This document shows, piece by piece, positions 45,987 to 54,760 of a stretch of DNA of 64,000 nucleotides (position 1 is its first letter; each line of letters starts with the position of its first letter). The notes beneath the pieces were generated by a model that saw only the letters and a list, made by a program, of their open reading frames with translations, was not told the DNA's origin and ran no database searches. The DNA is taken from assembly GCA_964384235.1 (NCBI GenBank), contig CAYLJX010000003.1, forward strand, positions 8,389 to 72,388, given 5' to 3'. Origin of the DNA: an uncultured Bdellovibrionales bacterium. GTDB taxonomy: Bacteria > Patescibacteriota > Minisyncoccia > Moranbacterales > UBA1568. Position numbers and translations under genes: made by a program.

Positions 45987-46994
45987 CTATTTCCCGATGA
46001 GCTCCGCCATCTCGACGAGGCGGTTCGAATAGCCCCACTCGTTATCATACCATGCCACGACTTTCACTAGGTCGCCATCGATCACCTTGGTAAGCGACAG
46101 ATCGACGATACTCGAGTACGGATTGCCGATGAAGTCCGACGAGACAAGCGGCTCTTCGGTGACCGCGAGCACCTTGCGGAAACGCTCCTCCCTGGCCGCG
46201 TCCTTGAGCGCCTGATTGATCTCTTCCTTGGTCGTTTTCTTTTTCAGGAGAAAGGTGAAGTCCGTGAGCGACACGACGATGGTCGGCACGCGTACGGAGA
46301 GACCGTCAAAGAGGCCCTGGAGTTCCGGCATGACCTGCGTCACGGCGATCGCCGCACCAGTCGTGGTCGGGACGATGTTCTCCGCCGCCGCCCGGGCCCG
46401 CCGCAAGTCCTTGTGCGGACCGTCCTGCAGGTTCTGGTCGGCCGTGTAGGAATGGATCGTCGTCATGAGCGCCTTCGCGATGCCGAACTTCTCTTCCAGT
46501 ACCTTGGCTACGGGAGCGAGGGAATTGGTCGTACAGGAAGCGTTGGAGAGCACCGTTTCCGCGCCGTACGTCTCTTCGTTCACGCCGATGAGGAACGTCG
46601 GGACCGCCCCGTCGTCACCCTTGGAAGGCGCCGAAAGGATGACTTTCTTGGCACCCGCCTCGAGATGCTGCGAGGAGCCTTCCTTGTCCGTGAAACGTCC
46701 CGTGCATTCCAAAACGACATCGACGCCAAGTTCGCCCCAGGGCAGTTTCTTGGGATCCGGTTCGGCGAGCACAGGAAACGACCGGCCGTCGACCACGAGC
46801 TTCCCCGCTTCGGCACTCACGTCCTTGCGGTAGTGCCCGTAGGCCGTATCGTACTTGAGAAGATGCGCGAGAATCGGAGCCTCGGTCAGGTCGTTGATCG
46901 CCACGATCTCCAGATCCTTCTTCTCAGAAGCGATCTTGAACGCGGCCCGCCCGATCCGTCCGAAACCGTTGATCGCGATTTTTGTCTTATGCAT
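45987..46994 (-). CDS. gap: glyceraldehyde-3-phosphate dehydrogenase
   Basis: IAINGFGRIGR; active-site ASCTTNSLAP; 335 aa. Confidence 0.9.
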   Translation of the reverse strand: MHKTKIAINGFGRIGRAAFKIASEKKDLEIVAINDLTEAPILAHLLKYDTAYGHYRKDVSAEAGKLVVDGRSFPVLAEPDPKKLPWGELGVDVVLECTGRFTDKEGSSQHLEAGAKKVILSAPSKGDDGAVPTFLIGVNEETYGAETVLSNASCTTNSLAPVAKVLEEKFGIAKALMTTIHSYTADQNLQDGPHKDLRRARAAAENIVPTTTGAAIAVTQVMPELQGLFDGLSVRVPTIVVSLTDFTFLLKKKTTKEEINQALKDAAREERFRKVLAVTEEPLVSSDFIGNPYSSIVDLSLTKVIDGDLVKVVAWYDNEWGYSNRLVEMAELIGK

Positions 46995-47030
46995 ATATAC
47001 TTACCTCTATTTTTAATAAAAGTTTACAGG

Positions 47031-47228
47031 ACTTGAATGTTTGAGTACAGTTCGAGGCGCAAGTGAGGAGCAAAGTAACGGGTCTTACAGACCCGATTTT
47101 ACCAGCACTCGCTCGAAAACGAAAGTAATTTTCGTTTTACTCGCTTCGTTTGGTAATAAGCCGTACTGATGCAAGTACGGCGTCGAGCACCGGAGCTTGC
47201 AACAAAGAAATGTGCCAAACAGGCAAGT
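47031..47228 (+). repeat. MITE-like intergenic repeat, copy 4 (longest; about 20-bp TIR ACAGGACTTGAATGTTTGAG / CCAAACAGGCAAGTCCTGCC)
   Basis: Carries the family core plus two extra hairpins (CGGGTCTTACAGACCCG, CGAAAACGAAAGTAATTTTCGTTTT) and GCCGTACT-GATGCA-AGTACGGC. It lies between the fba stop and the gap start. Confidence 0.75.
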
Positions 47229-47233
47229 CCTGC

Positions 47234-48091
47234 CTACACTCTGTTGGCGCTGCCGAACGCATACATTTTGGCTTTCACTGCCTCTTTGGCACTTTCCTTG
47301 GCCATACCCATCACCTTGCGCACATCCGTCTCTTCTTCCGATTGCAGTGCCCGTTTCAGTCCTCCGATGAACGAGAGCCGGAGTGCCGTATCGACGTTGA
47401 AACAGCTGATTCCGCGCTCGATGACCTGCGCCACCCGTCCGTTGTTCCAATCGGAAGCGCCATGGAGCACCAGAGGACAGGAGACCCGCTTCGCGACCTC
47501 CGTGAGACGGTCGTAATCAGGCTCGCTTCGTTCCTGGAAAAACCCGTGCGCGTTGCCGATGGCGACCGCGAGCGTATCGAGACCGGTCTCGCGGACGAAT
47601 TCCTCCGCCTGGGCCGGGTCCGTCATGTACTGGTCCCAGTCGATCGTGTCCATCTGCATCTCACCGAGATACGGGACGCTCCCGAGCTCCGCCTGCACGA
47701 CGATGCCGCGCATATGGGCCAGAGTGACGATCTTCTTGGTCGTCATGAGGTTGTCGGCATATTCCTTGCGCGAGCCGTCGTACATCACCGACGTGAACCC
47801 GATCTCCATGGCCCGCTCCACCACCTCGAAACTCTTCCCATGGTCGAGATGGATGCCGATCGGGATATCCTTGGCGTAGAATTCCGCGATGTTTTTGATC
47901 AGATGAAAGATCGCCCGGCCTCCCGCGAAATCGAACGTCTTCTCCGTCACCTGGACGATGACCGGGGAACGCAGTTCCTTGGCGGCCTCGATGATGGCTC
48001 GTGTCGTTTCCAGGTTCACGGTATTGAAAGCCCCGACGGCGTATCCCTCGCTCCTCGCCTTCTCCAGCATTTCCTTCACGTTGGTCAACAT
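47234..48091 (-). CDS. fba: class II fructose/tagatose-bisphosphate aldolase
   Basis: GYAVGAFN..N.E; IHLDHG; LHGASDW. The zinc-ligand histidines are present. 285 aa. Confidence 0.85.
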   Translation of the reverse strand: MLTNVKEMLEKARSEGYAVGAFNTVNLETTRAIIEAAKELRSPVIVQVTEKTFDFAGGRAIFHLIKNIAEFYAKDIPIGIHLDHGKSFEVVERAMEIGFTSVMYDGSRKEYADNLMTTKKIVTLAHMRGIVVQAELGSVPYLGEMQMDTIDWDQYMTDPAQAEEFVRETGLDTLAVAIGNAHGFFQERSEPDYDRLTEVAKRVSCPLVLHGASDWNNGRVAQVIERGISCFNVDTALRLSFIGGLKRALQSEEETDVRKVMGMAKESAKEAVKAKMYAFGSANRV

Positions 48092-48102
48092 ACGCTTCTC
48101 TC

Positions 48103-48891
48103 TTATGGGTTATCTTCCTCCCGACGAACCTCCTCCTCGAACATCTGTGCCATCTTGACGAGCTCGTACGGGAAGAGACTCTCTCTCCCGACGAGTACCC
48201 CGTCCATCTCCGCCTCCCACGACACCGCTGGAAGAAGCGCCGCTTTCACGGATCCTCCATAGAGAACCTTCACCCGCTTCGCCACGTGCTCATCGAACAT
48301 TTCCGTGAGGAGTTTCCGGAGAAACACCCGGACCTGAAGGATCTCTGCGGTCGTCGGAAGCGTATCGGTCCCGATCGCCCAGCGCGGTTCATAGGCAAGC
48401 ATCACCTTTTCGGCCTGAAGCTTGGAAAGGCCCTCGAAAACCGCTTTGACCTGCTGTGTCAGCACCTTGTCGATCCGTTCACGTCTGCGTTCCTCGGCGG
48501 TTTCCCCGATACAGACGATCGGAACGAGCATGTGTTTGAGCGCCAGGCGCGCCTTGGCGGCGACGATCTCATCCGTATCCCCGCCATAGAGGCGGCGTTC
48601 GCTGTGACCCACGAGCACGTATTCCACTCCTTCGTTCTTGAGCACGAGGGGCGATACCTGGCCGGTATAGGCGCCACCCTTCTCCCAGAACGTATCCTGA
48701 GCTCCCTTCTTCACGCTGCCCGGCAGATGGTCGAACAGCGAAAGATACGGGAACGGCGGACAGACGACGAACGTCACGGCCTGCAGATGCTTCCCTTGCG
48801 TTTCACGACGAAGAATGGAAAGATACTGGTTCGTCTCTTCCCGGGAAGTCAGGTTCATCTTGAGGTTTCCCACTACGAAAAAATTCCGCAT
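48103..48891 (-). CDS. tpiA: triosephosphate isomerase
   Basis: NLKMN; VGHSERR; IGET; YEPRWAIGTD; VLYGGSV. The start was set at MRNFFVVGNLKMN, since the ORF track begins 34 codons upstream. Confidence 0.85.
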   Translation of the reverse strand: MRNFFVVGNLKMNLTSREETNQYLSILRRETQGKHLQAVTFVVCPPFPYLSLFDHLPGSVKKGAQDTFWEKGGAYTGQVSPLVLKNEGVEYVLVGHSERRLYGGDTDEIVAAKARLALKHMLVPIVCIGETAEERRRERIDKVLTQQVKAVFEGLSKLQAEKVMLAYEPRWAIGTDTLPTTAEILQVRVFLRKLLTEMFDEHVAKRVKVLYGGSVKAALLPAVSWEAEMDGVLVGRESLFPYELVKMAQMFEEEVRREEDNP

Positions 48892-48910
48892 ATCAGAGAG
48901 ACAATCTTCC

Positions 48911-49942
48911 TTATTGTTCGAGCTTCGATCGCAGGTATTCGGCCGCCACTTCCGGCTGGATGGTCGAGATCTCGATACCGGTGGAAAGTTCAAACCCGGC
49001 CCAGGTCGCCGTATGGGGCAAGATCTCGATATGCCACTGGTAGTGCGGATAGTCCCGCCCGTCGCAGGGAGCCGTATGGATATAGAAATTGTAGGGCGGA
49101 TCGTTCAGTCCGCGGTTGATCGAGAGGAGAGCCTGTTGCAGCGCTTCGGCGGCGGAAAATTTCTCCTCGTCGGTGATGCGCTCGAAATACGGGTTGTGCC
49201 GCTTGCCGAGGATCCACACCTCGAAGGCCGCCCGCGACGCGAACGGACAGAAGGCGATGAAGTGATCGTTCTCGAAGATGATCCGCTTCTTCGCTTCCGT
49301 CTCGTACTCCGCCATGACGGTGTAGACGTTATGACGGTTGCGACGATAGTACTGTTCCGCGCCCCGAAGTTCCAGTTCGATATACGGGGAGACGACCGGA
49401 ATCGCCATGAGCTGCGAGTGCGGGTGCGGCAGAGACGCTCCGGCTTCCTTGCCGTGATTGTGGAATACCTGGATGTAGTTGACGCTCTTCTTGTTCATGA
49501 GCGCCAGGTAACGCTCCTGGTACGCATCGAGCACCTCCGCCACCTGCCACGTCTCGAGGTGCGCGAGGGAGCGTCTCGCATCGCGCGTCACCACCACCTC
49601 ATGGTACCCCGTGCCGTTCATCGCGAAGTACGGACCTTCGGAGAGCTGCTTTGCGACCTTGCCGCGGGAAAAGGCCGGATACTTGTTGGGAAAGACACGC
49701 AGGCTCCAATCTCCGTCGTCCCTGCGGTAGATGAGCACGTCCTTCTCCTGTCCGCTTGCTTCCGGATCCTCGAACGGGTCACCGGAAAGATCCGACTGGA
49801 TACGCTCTCCCTGCACGAACTCATCCGGACGCTTGGCCCGGCCGGTCGCGATGACGACCCAGTCTCCGGTCACGATATCCTGACGAAGTTCCGATTCGTA
49901 TCCCGCCGCAGGTTTGGTTTTTTCGATCTGATTGCCGGACAT
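48911..49942 (-). CDS. HIT-superfamily nucleotidyltransferase, galactose-1-phosphate uridylyltransferase (GalT)-like
   Basis: Two HIT-like halves. The active-site region LPHPHSQLMAIP resembles the GalT HPH.Q motif. Confidence 0.55.
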   Translation of the reverse strand: MSGNQIEKTKPAAGYESELRQDIVTGDWVVIATGRAKRPDEFVQGERIQSDLSGDPFEDPEASGQEKDVLIYRRDDGDWSLRVFPNKYPAFSRGKVAKQLSEGPYFAMNGTGYHEVVVTRDARRSLAHLETWQVAEVLDAYQERYLALMNKKSVNYIQVFHNHGKEAGASLPHPHSQLMAIPVVSPYIELELRGAEQYYRRNRHNVYTVMAEYETEAKKRIIFENDHFIAFCPFASRAAFEVWILGKRHNPYFERITDEEKFSAAEALQQALLSINRGLNDPPYNFYIHTAPCDGRDYPHYQWHIEILPHTATWAGFELSTGIEISTIQPEVAAEYLRSKLEQ

Positions 49943-49981
49943 GTTTTTGTCTTCAGTTTTCTTTTTTCCCGAGAGTCCCTC

Positions 49982-50752
49982 TCAGGCGACCGCTTTTTTC
50001 CTCGCGTACTCACCGATACGATAGGCACCCGAGATGAGCCGTCCTTTCGTCTTGAACAGGTCGATGAGCACCTGGATGAAGCCATTCGGACCGGTGAGAC
50101 TCACCGTCGATCCCTCCTCGTTCATCCAGCGTACCGGCATCTGCTTGATCTTGAAGCCGAGCTTGTGCGCAAGGATGATGAGCTCGAAGTCGAAGCCGAA
50201 GCGGTCCACCACCATGCGGCTCGCCACTTCCTTGGCCGCTTCCGCCGAGAGCATCTTGAATCCGCACTGGGTATCCGGATAGCTCCACAGTCCCAGGACG
50301 ATACGGATGAGCCAGTTGCCGCCCTCACCCATGATCTCACGATGTTTCGGCTGGTGCACCTGAATGAAGGATCCTTCGATCTTGCGCGAACCGATGACGA
50401 CGTCATACCCGGCCTCGAACTGCGGGAGGAAAGTGTCGAGATGCGTGATGGAGGTAGAGCCGTCGGCGTCGAGAAAGACCCGACATTTCCCCGTCGCTTC
50501 CAAGAGTCCCTGGCGGACGACGTAGCCCTTGCCGTGGTTCTCGGGATTGTCGATGACGCGGAGGTTCGGTACCTGGAGTGAATAGTTCCTCGCCACTTCC
50601 GCCGTGTTGTCCGGAGAACCGTCCACGACGACCACGATCTCGTAGGTATACCGCTTGTCCTTCAGGTATTTGTCTATTTCCAACAGATTACGCCCGATAC
50701 GCTCCCCTTCCTTGTAGGCGGGAATGATGACGGAAAGAAACGGTTGTTCCAT
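49982..50752 (-). CDS. GT2 family glycosyltransferase, polyprenyl-phosphate sugar synthase-like (DPM1/ArnC-type)
   Basis: LSVIIPAYKEGERI...; DGSPDNT; DAD (DxD) motif. At 256 aa it is the likely donor-lipid synthase partner for the GT-C enzymes. Confidence 0.75.
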   Translation of the reverse strand: MEQPFLSVIIPAYKEGERIGRNLLEIDKYLKDKRYTYEIVVVVDGSPDNTAEVARNYSLQVPNLRVIDNPENHGKGYVVRQGLLEATGKCRVFLDADGSTSITHLDTFLPQFEAGYDVVIGSRKIEGSFIQVHQPKHREIMGEGGNWLIRIVLGLWSYPDTQCGFKMLSAEAAKEVASRMVVDRFGFDFELIILAHKLGFKIKQMPVRWMNEEGSTVSLTGPNGFIQVLIDLFKTKGRLISGAYRIGEYARKKAVA

Positions 50753-50793
50753 ATATCAAAAAAGAGGACTTGAATCCCGGATTATGCAGCTTC

Positions 50794-50826
50794 ATTGTAC
50801 CACAAAAGAAAAAAAGAGGCATCAGG
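50794..50826 (-). terminator. intrinsic terminator overlapping the ruvX stop (AGAGGCCTGATGCCTCT + TTTTTTTCTTTTG on minus strand)
   Basis: A hairpin and T-run lie immediately at the stop codon of the 50822 gene. Confidence 0.55.
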
Positions 50827-51250
50827 CCTCTTTCTCGTTTCTCCGTGTATCCAACCATTCCTGAAGGATGATGCGGGCCGCCTCCTCGTCGTCATGTTTG
50901 GATACCTGCTTCGTACCCCGTTCGATCAAATTGGCCTGGGCCATCTTGGTCGTGAACATCTCGTCCTGATAGGCGATTTCCAGAAAAGGAAAACGTTCTT
51001 TCAGGGACTTGCCGAGCTTTTCTCCGGAATATTCCGCTGTCTCGTGATTGATATAAGAAGGAATACCGATCACGACCGTACCGATACTTTCTTTCAAAAA
51101 GATCTTTCCCAAAGACTCCAGAAGCTTCCCGTCATTTGCAAGCGTCGCGTACGCCAAGGCGACCCGCGTCTCGTGATCCGCCACCGCCACGCCGACATCC
51201 GTCGCTCCCCAGTCGATACCCATATAGTTTTTCTGACCTTCCTTTTCCAT
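50822..51250 (-). CDS. ruvX: Holliday-junction resolvase-like nuclease YqgF/RuvX
   Basis: MGIDWGATDVGVAVAD is the RNase H-fold N-terminus of YqgF, followed by ...IGTVVIGIP.... A possible later start lies at MGIDWG (codon 10). Confidence 0.7.
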   Translation of the reverse strand: MEKEGQKNYMGIDWGATDVGVAVADHETRVALAYATLANDGKLLESLGKIFLKESIGTVVIGIPSYINHETAEYSGEKLGKSLKERFPFLEIAYQDEMFTTKMAQANLIERGTKQVSKHDDEEAARIILQEWLDTRRNEKEA

Positions 51251-51292
51251 GACTTTCGCCTTCTTTCAAGGTTTTGAGAAATTACAAAAACG

Positions 51293-51376
51293 TATCATGT
51301 ATCAAGTATTACGTATTATGTATAAAAGCAAATCATTCCCCATACATAATACATGATACGCAATACACAATACTCC
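51293..51376. repeat. heptamer array GTATnnn x5, a spacer, then the inverted array nATACnn x5
   Basis: gtatcat gtatcaa gtattac gtattat gtataaa agcaaatcattcc ccatacataatacatgatacgcaatacacaatactc, in the intergenic region between map and ruvX. Confidence 0.65.
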
Positions 51377-52144
51377 CTATCTTGTCACGACTTCCGCTCC
51401 TGTCTCAGTGATGACCACCGTGTCCTCGAAGTGTGCCGAAAGCGACCCGTCCGCCGTGACGAACGTCCAGCCGTCGGAGGCGATCCGCACCGGGAAACCG
51501 CCTGCATTGACCATCGGCTCGAGTGCGAGTGTCATGCCGGCCTCGAGGAAAAAATCGTGCATGCCGCGCGAGACATAGTTCGGCACCTGTGGCTCCTCAT
51601 GGAGCTCACGCCCCACGCCGTGTCCCACCAGGTCGCGCACCACCGAACAACCGTTCGCCTCGACGAATGACTGTACGGCCTGCGCATAGACGGAGATCCG
51701 TGCCCCGGGCTTCAGTTCGGCGATGCCCCGATCGAGACTCTCTTGTGTCACATCCAAAAGATGTTTGGCTTCGGCGGAAATATTTCCTACCGGAACCGTC
51801 CGCGCCATGTCAGTCACCATTCCCTCATAACGCAGACCGATATCGAGCTTCAAAAGGTCACCGTCATGCAGTACCCGGTCCCTCTTCGGAATGCCGTGCA
51901 CCACCTCGTCATTGAGCGACACGCACAAAGAAGCCGGAAACGGTGTTCCCGACTCTTTGCCATATCCCTTGAAAATAGGAGTCCCTCCTTCTTCACGGAT
52001 CAACCGTTCGGCGAGCGTATCGATCTCCTCCGTCGTCATTCCCGGCCGGACGCTTCGTATCACCGTATCGAGCACGCGAGCGAGGCGCTTGCCTGACTCG
52101 CGCAGTCGCCTCACCTCATCGTCGGTTTTGATCCACTGTTTCAT
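51377..52144 (-). CDS. map: methionine aminopeptidase, type I
   Basis: ...FKGYGKESGTPFPASLCVSLNDEVVHGIP...HGVGRELHEEP... The start was taken at MKQWIKTDDEV, 7 nt after the adk stop. The ORF track extends 46 codons upstream into adk. Confidence 0.85.
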   Translation of the reverse strand: MKQWIKTDDEVRRLRESGKRLARVLDTVIRSVRPGMTTEEIDTLAERLIREEGGTPIFKGYGKESGTPFPASLCVSLNDEVVHGIPKRDRVLHDGDLLKLDIGLRYEGMVTDMARTVPVGNISAEAKHLLDVTQESLDRGIAELKPGARISVYAQAVQSFVEANGCSVVRDLVGHGVGRELHEEPQVPNYVSRGMHDFFLEAGMTLALEPMVNAGGFPVRIASDGWTFVTADGSLSAHFEDTVVITETGAEVVTR

Positions 52145-52151
52145 ACGAATT

Positions 52152-52820
52152 TCAGGAAATCTCGTTTTTCCCGATACCCTCGAGAATGGTCTGAAAGATC
52201 TTCTCCGGAGTCTGCTCACCGCGCACCCAGAGAAGCCTGCCTCGCTTGGCGAAGTACTCGATGACCGGACGCGTCTCGTCATGGAATATCTGGTACCGTC
52301 GCTCTATGCCTTCCTCCGTATCATCGTCGCGCTGCACCAGTTTGCCGCCACAGACCGTACAAGGGGTCTCTGAATTTTCGATGTCCGTCCCCACCACGAA
52401 CTTCTTGCCGCACTGCGAACAGGAAAAACGTCTCGAAATGCGATCGATAGAGACCTCTTTGGGCAGGTCGATATAGATGACCCGTTCCACTTCGCGCCCG
52501 TGCTCGCGGAAGGCCGAGAGGACTTCTTCGATCTGGGTTTCCCGGCGGGGCGCCCCGTCGAGGATGATACCCTGATCGTCAGGCACTCCGGCAAAGGCGA
52601 GGCGAAGCACTTCCTGGATGATCTCATCGGAAACGAGTTCGTGCCGGACATCCATGGTTTCCTTTACCTCGCGGCCGAGATCCGAGTCATGGCTCGCGAT
52701 CTTACGGAGTTCGGCGCCCATCTCGATACGCGCTTTCTGGAACTGGTCGACGAAAAACTGCGCCTGCGTACTCTTGCCCGATCCCGGCGGCCCAAGAAGG
52801 ATATAGTTCTTTTTGGTCAT
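52152..52820 (-). CDS. adk: adenylate kinase with zinc-ribbon LID domain
   Basis: ILLGPPGSGKSTQA (P-loop) and C-x2-C...C-x2-C in the LID (CSQCGKKF...CTVCGGKL). Confidence 0.9.
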   Translation of the reverse strand: MTKKNYILLGPPGSGKSTQAQFFVDQFQKARIEMGAELRKIASHDSDLGREVKETMDVRHELVSDEIIQEVLRLAFAGVPDDQGIILDGAPRRETQIEEVLSAFREHGREVERVIYIDLPKEVSIDRISRRFSCSQCGKKFVVGTDIENSETPCTVCGGKLVQRDDDTEEGIERRYQIFHDETRPVIEYFAKRGRLLWVRGEQTPEKIFQTILEGIGKNEIS

Positions 52821-52856
52821 CTAAACAGGATAAAGAATTTAAATTTCAAAAGGAAA

Positions 52857-52974
52857 AACTTTCATGTTTGAGTGCAGTTCTAGGCGTAACCGAGGAACGA
52901 GGTAAGCTGTATTTCCAATACAGTGTCCGAGTCCCGGAGGTTACAACAACGAAATGCACCAAACAGGGAAGTTT
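52857..52974 (+). repeat. MITE-like intergenic repeat, copy 5
   Basis: aactttcatgTTTGAGTGCAGTTCTAGGCGTAACCGAGGAACGAGGTAAG-CTGTATTTCCAATACAG-TGTCCGAGTCCCGGAGGTTACAACAACGAAATGCACCAAACagggaagttt. It lies between the secY stop and the adk start. Confidence 0.7.
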
Positions 52975-54246
52975 TTAGAAGCTCTCGTAGCTTCGCATGG
53001 TCAGCTGGCTCTGAATATGCTTGATCGTCTCGAGCACCACCGAGACGACGATGAGGATAGAGATACCCCCGATGGAAAAGGCCTGGATACCGGTTATCCC
53101 CTGCACGACGAAGGGAAGCACGGCGATCGCCCCGAGAAAGAGCGACCCCGCGAGCGTGATACGGTTGATGATGTGGTAGAGATACTCGGCTGTCGTATGA
53201 CCGGGACGCACCCCCGGGATATATCCCCCTTGCTTCTGGAGGTTCTCCGCGATCTTGACCGGATCGAAGACGACCGCGGTGTAGAAATACGTGAAGAGCA
53301 CGACCAGGACGAAGTAGATCCCGCCATAGACCCACTGGTTCTGCAACCACGCCGAGACCGAGAGGGCGATATCCGCGACGGAAGCGTTCCCGGACTGCGC
53401 CAAGTAGTTCGCGACCATGGTCGGAATGAGGATGAGCGAGACGGCGAAGATGATCGGGATGACACCGGCCTGATTGACCTTGAGCGGCAGATGTGTCGCT
53501 CCGCCGCCAGCCATTCCTGCCCCGCGCACCCGCTTGGCATACGATACCGGAATGGTCCGCTGACCTTCGTTCACGAAGATCACTCCCGCGATCGTCACCG
53601 CCGCCAACAGGGCGAACAGGATATAGGTGAAGACCTGCGACGGATCCCAGGTCGCGAGGAAGCGCGATATGCCGGTCGGCAGGCTGGTCACGATACCGGC
53701 GAAGATGATCATGGAGACGCCGTTCCCGAGACCCTTCTCGGTGATGAGTTCGCCGAGCCACATGAGGAAGATGGTACCGGCCGTGGCCGAAATCACGATC
53801 ACTGCCGTATTGAAAGGCGAAAGGTCGGCAAGAATATTCTGCGAGCGGAGAAGCGAGAGCATACTGAAAGACTGGATCGCCGCCAAAGGTACCGTGAGCC
53901 ACCTCGTCCACATGTTGAACTTCTGCCGTCCCTGCTCTCCTTCTTCCTTGTAGAGCTTTTCGAGGGACGGCACGATCGTCGTCATGAGCTGCATGATGAT
54001 CGAAGCCGTGATGTACGGGGCGACACCGAGAAGCACAATGGAGATATTGGAGAGCCCGCCACCGGAAAAAACGTTGAGGAGTCCGAGGAGCGTACTCTCC
54101 TCGAACAGTCGTTTCAACGCCAAAACATCCACTCCGGGAAGAGGGATGTTGGCGGCGATACGGTAGATCACGAGCACTCCGAGAATGAACAGGATCTTGT
54201 TCCGGAGTTCGGGAACCTTGAAGATATTGAGAAGGGTTGCGTACAT
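52975..54246 (-). CDS. secY: preprotein translocase subunit SecY
   Basis: 423 aa with 10 TM helices. NIFKVPELRNKILFILGVLVIYRIAANIPLPGVD is a canonical N-terminus. Confidence 0.95.
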   Translation of the reverse strand: MYATLLNIFKVPELRNKILFILGVLVIYRIAANIPLPGVDVLALKRLFEESTLLGLLNVFSGGGLSNISIVLLGVAPYITASIIMQLMTTIVPSLEKLYKEEGEQGRQKFNMWTRWLTVPLAAIQSFSMLSLLRSQNILADLSPFNTAVIVISATAGTIFLMWLGELITEKGLGNGVSMIIFAGIVTSLPTGISRFLATWDPSQVFTYILFALLAAVTIAGVIFVNEGQRTIPVSYAKRVRGAGMAGGGATHLPLKVNQAGVIPIIFAVSLILIPTMVANYLAQSGNASVADIALSVSAWLQNQWVYGGIYFVLVVLFTYFYTAVVFDPVKIAENLQKQGGYIPGVRPGHTTAEYLYHIINRITLAGSLFLGAIAVLPFVVQGITGIQAFSIGGISILIVVSVVLETIKHIQSQLTMRSYESF

Positions 54247-54311
54247 GGGAGAAGTTTTTTGTTTATACCCCTGCCAAAAATACCAAGTACGGAAGCATCA
54301 GGAGTTTCCGT

Positions 54312-54725
54312 CTACTTCTTGAACGCTTCCTTGGCCTTTTCGGAACAAGCGACACTCTCATCGAGACCAAGTTTCTTCTTGAGGGTGCCCGTCGCGACGA
54401 TCTTCGCACCGGCGACGAGCGCCTTCTTCGGAACCACCCGCTTCTCGATCAGGGTGGCGAGCGTCACGGTCTCTCCGTCGGAGAAACGGGCTTCCAACTG
54501 ATCAAGGGTCACGGTGTACTTCTTGGGATGAACGGACTTGAAACCGCGCACCTTCTTGAGACGCTCGGTGAATGTCGAGCGACCACCTTCGAAGAGCGGG
54601 TCCTTCTTCTTGCCGTGCGCACCCTGACCTTTCGTACCGCGACCGGACGTCGTGCCGCGCTTGCCGCCGCGTCCGATGCGCTTGCGCTCCGGCTTCTTGG
54701 TAACTTTGAGCGTGTGGATCTGCAT
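54312..54725 (-). CDS. rplO: 50S ribosomal protein L15
   Basis: KRIGRGGKRGTTSGRGTKGQ is a glycine-rich L15 N-terminus. Confidence 0.9.
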   Translation of the reverse strand: MQIHTLKVTKKPERKRIGRGGKRGTTSGRGTKGQGAHGKKKDPLFEGGRSTFTERLKKVRGFKSVHPKKYTVTLDQLEARFSDGETVTLATLIEKRVVPKKALVAGAKIVATGTLKKKLGLDESVACSEKAKEAFKK

Positions 54726-54760
54726 ACTGATTATAGCAAAATGATGATGTTCTTCGGAAC

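Noticed and set aside
52954-54501. Long plus-strand ORFs antisense to secY, the ribosomal genes, the ATPase (20975-23110), galT/GT2 (48815-50581), murA, gdh and others
   Set aside because: They are typical GC-rich antisense shadow ORFs. The opposite-strand genes have strong, conserved protein identities.
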